A DNA stretch of 64,000 nucleotides from Candidatus Choladousia sp. (GTDB lineage Bacteria; Bacillota; Clostridia; Lachnospirales; Lachnospiraceae): positions 30,547 to 94,546 of the forward strand of contig JBGVDJ010000022.1 in the NCBI GenBank assembly GCA_045119335.1. Direction: 5' to 3'. The position numbers and the translations under genes are program-made. A model generated the notes under the pieces. That model was not told the origin of the DNA and did no database searches. It was given only the letters and a program-made list of their open reading frames with translations. Below, one piece after another: positions 63,783-64,000 of the stretch; within the stretch, counting starts at the first letter, position 1; every line of letters starts with the position of its first letter.

Positions 63783-63991
63783 ATAGCTTCTACCTCCTTC
63801 TTTATCTTATCCAAGTGTGAAATAACTTCTGATTTTGTAAAAGTTTCCTGTTCAGTTTTAGCAAGATCATCATAAATCTGATAAAGAACATGACTTGTTC
63901 GGACGATACCACCGGCAGCTTTCCTATTGGCATATCTGTTGGCAGCTTTACCTTTGAGCGAACGATCTCTCATATAGGTAGAAGTAGGCAT
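63773..63991 (-). CDS. Small basic hypothetical protein of the integrated element
   Basis: 72-aa ORF overlapping the start of the relaxase-like ORF. Confidence 0.45.
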   Translation of the reverse strand: MPTSTYMRDRSLKGKAANRYANRKAAGGIVRTSHVLYQIYDDLAKTEQETFTKSEVISHLDKIKKEVEAIWY

Positions 63992-64000
63992 ACCAAGTGG

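Larger units (their letters stand above)
62119..64000. mobile_element. Left edge of an integrated element (IME/ICE/genomic-island remnant) at tRNA-Gln; continues beyond the window
   Basis: Abrupt shift to AT-richer sequence and different codon usage after the tRNA; arm-type repeats; relaxase-like and excisionase-like ORFs; no integrase inside the window. Confidence 0.75.

Overview
A 64-kb chromosomal window from a spore-forming anaerobic Firmicute. The gene content (spoVT, single fused PurL, monomeric [FeFe]-hydrogenase, cysS-mrnC-rlmB) points to Clostridia, most likely Lachnospiraceae (inference). About 50 protein genes are mostly housekeeping, transport and metabolism. There are five tRNAs (Val-TAC, Met-CAT, Thr-GGT, 2x Gln-CTG) and one TPP riboswitch controlling a ThiXYZ-like ABC transporter plus a TatD-fold hydrolase. 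No CRISPR array, rRNA or intact transposon is present. Main oddities: (1) an intact, apparently expressed Y1/RAYT-type HUH transposase homolog lacking both HUH histidines and the catalytic tyrosine (candidate domesticated protein); (2) an SOS-box-controlled radical SAM (TIGR03916-like) + DUF4130 pair with a QLSLF clamp-binding motif, next to a nuclease-DinG helicase with a ~160-aa insertion inside its nuclease motif; (3) the edge of an AT-richer integrated element at the tandem tRNA-Gln genes, with arm-type repeats and a relaxase-like/excisionase junction; (4) a vWA + MoxR-type ATPase module between an ArsR regulator and a His-rich Zn/Cd ATPase; (5) a stand-alone OLD/TOPRIM nuclease with a Cys cluster; (6) unexplained structured leaders, palindromic repeats and many tandem-repeat expansions. 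All family assignments are from motif recognition by eye; no database search was run.
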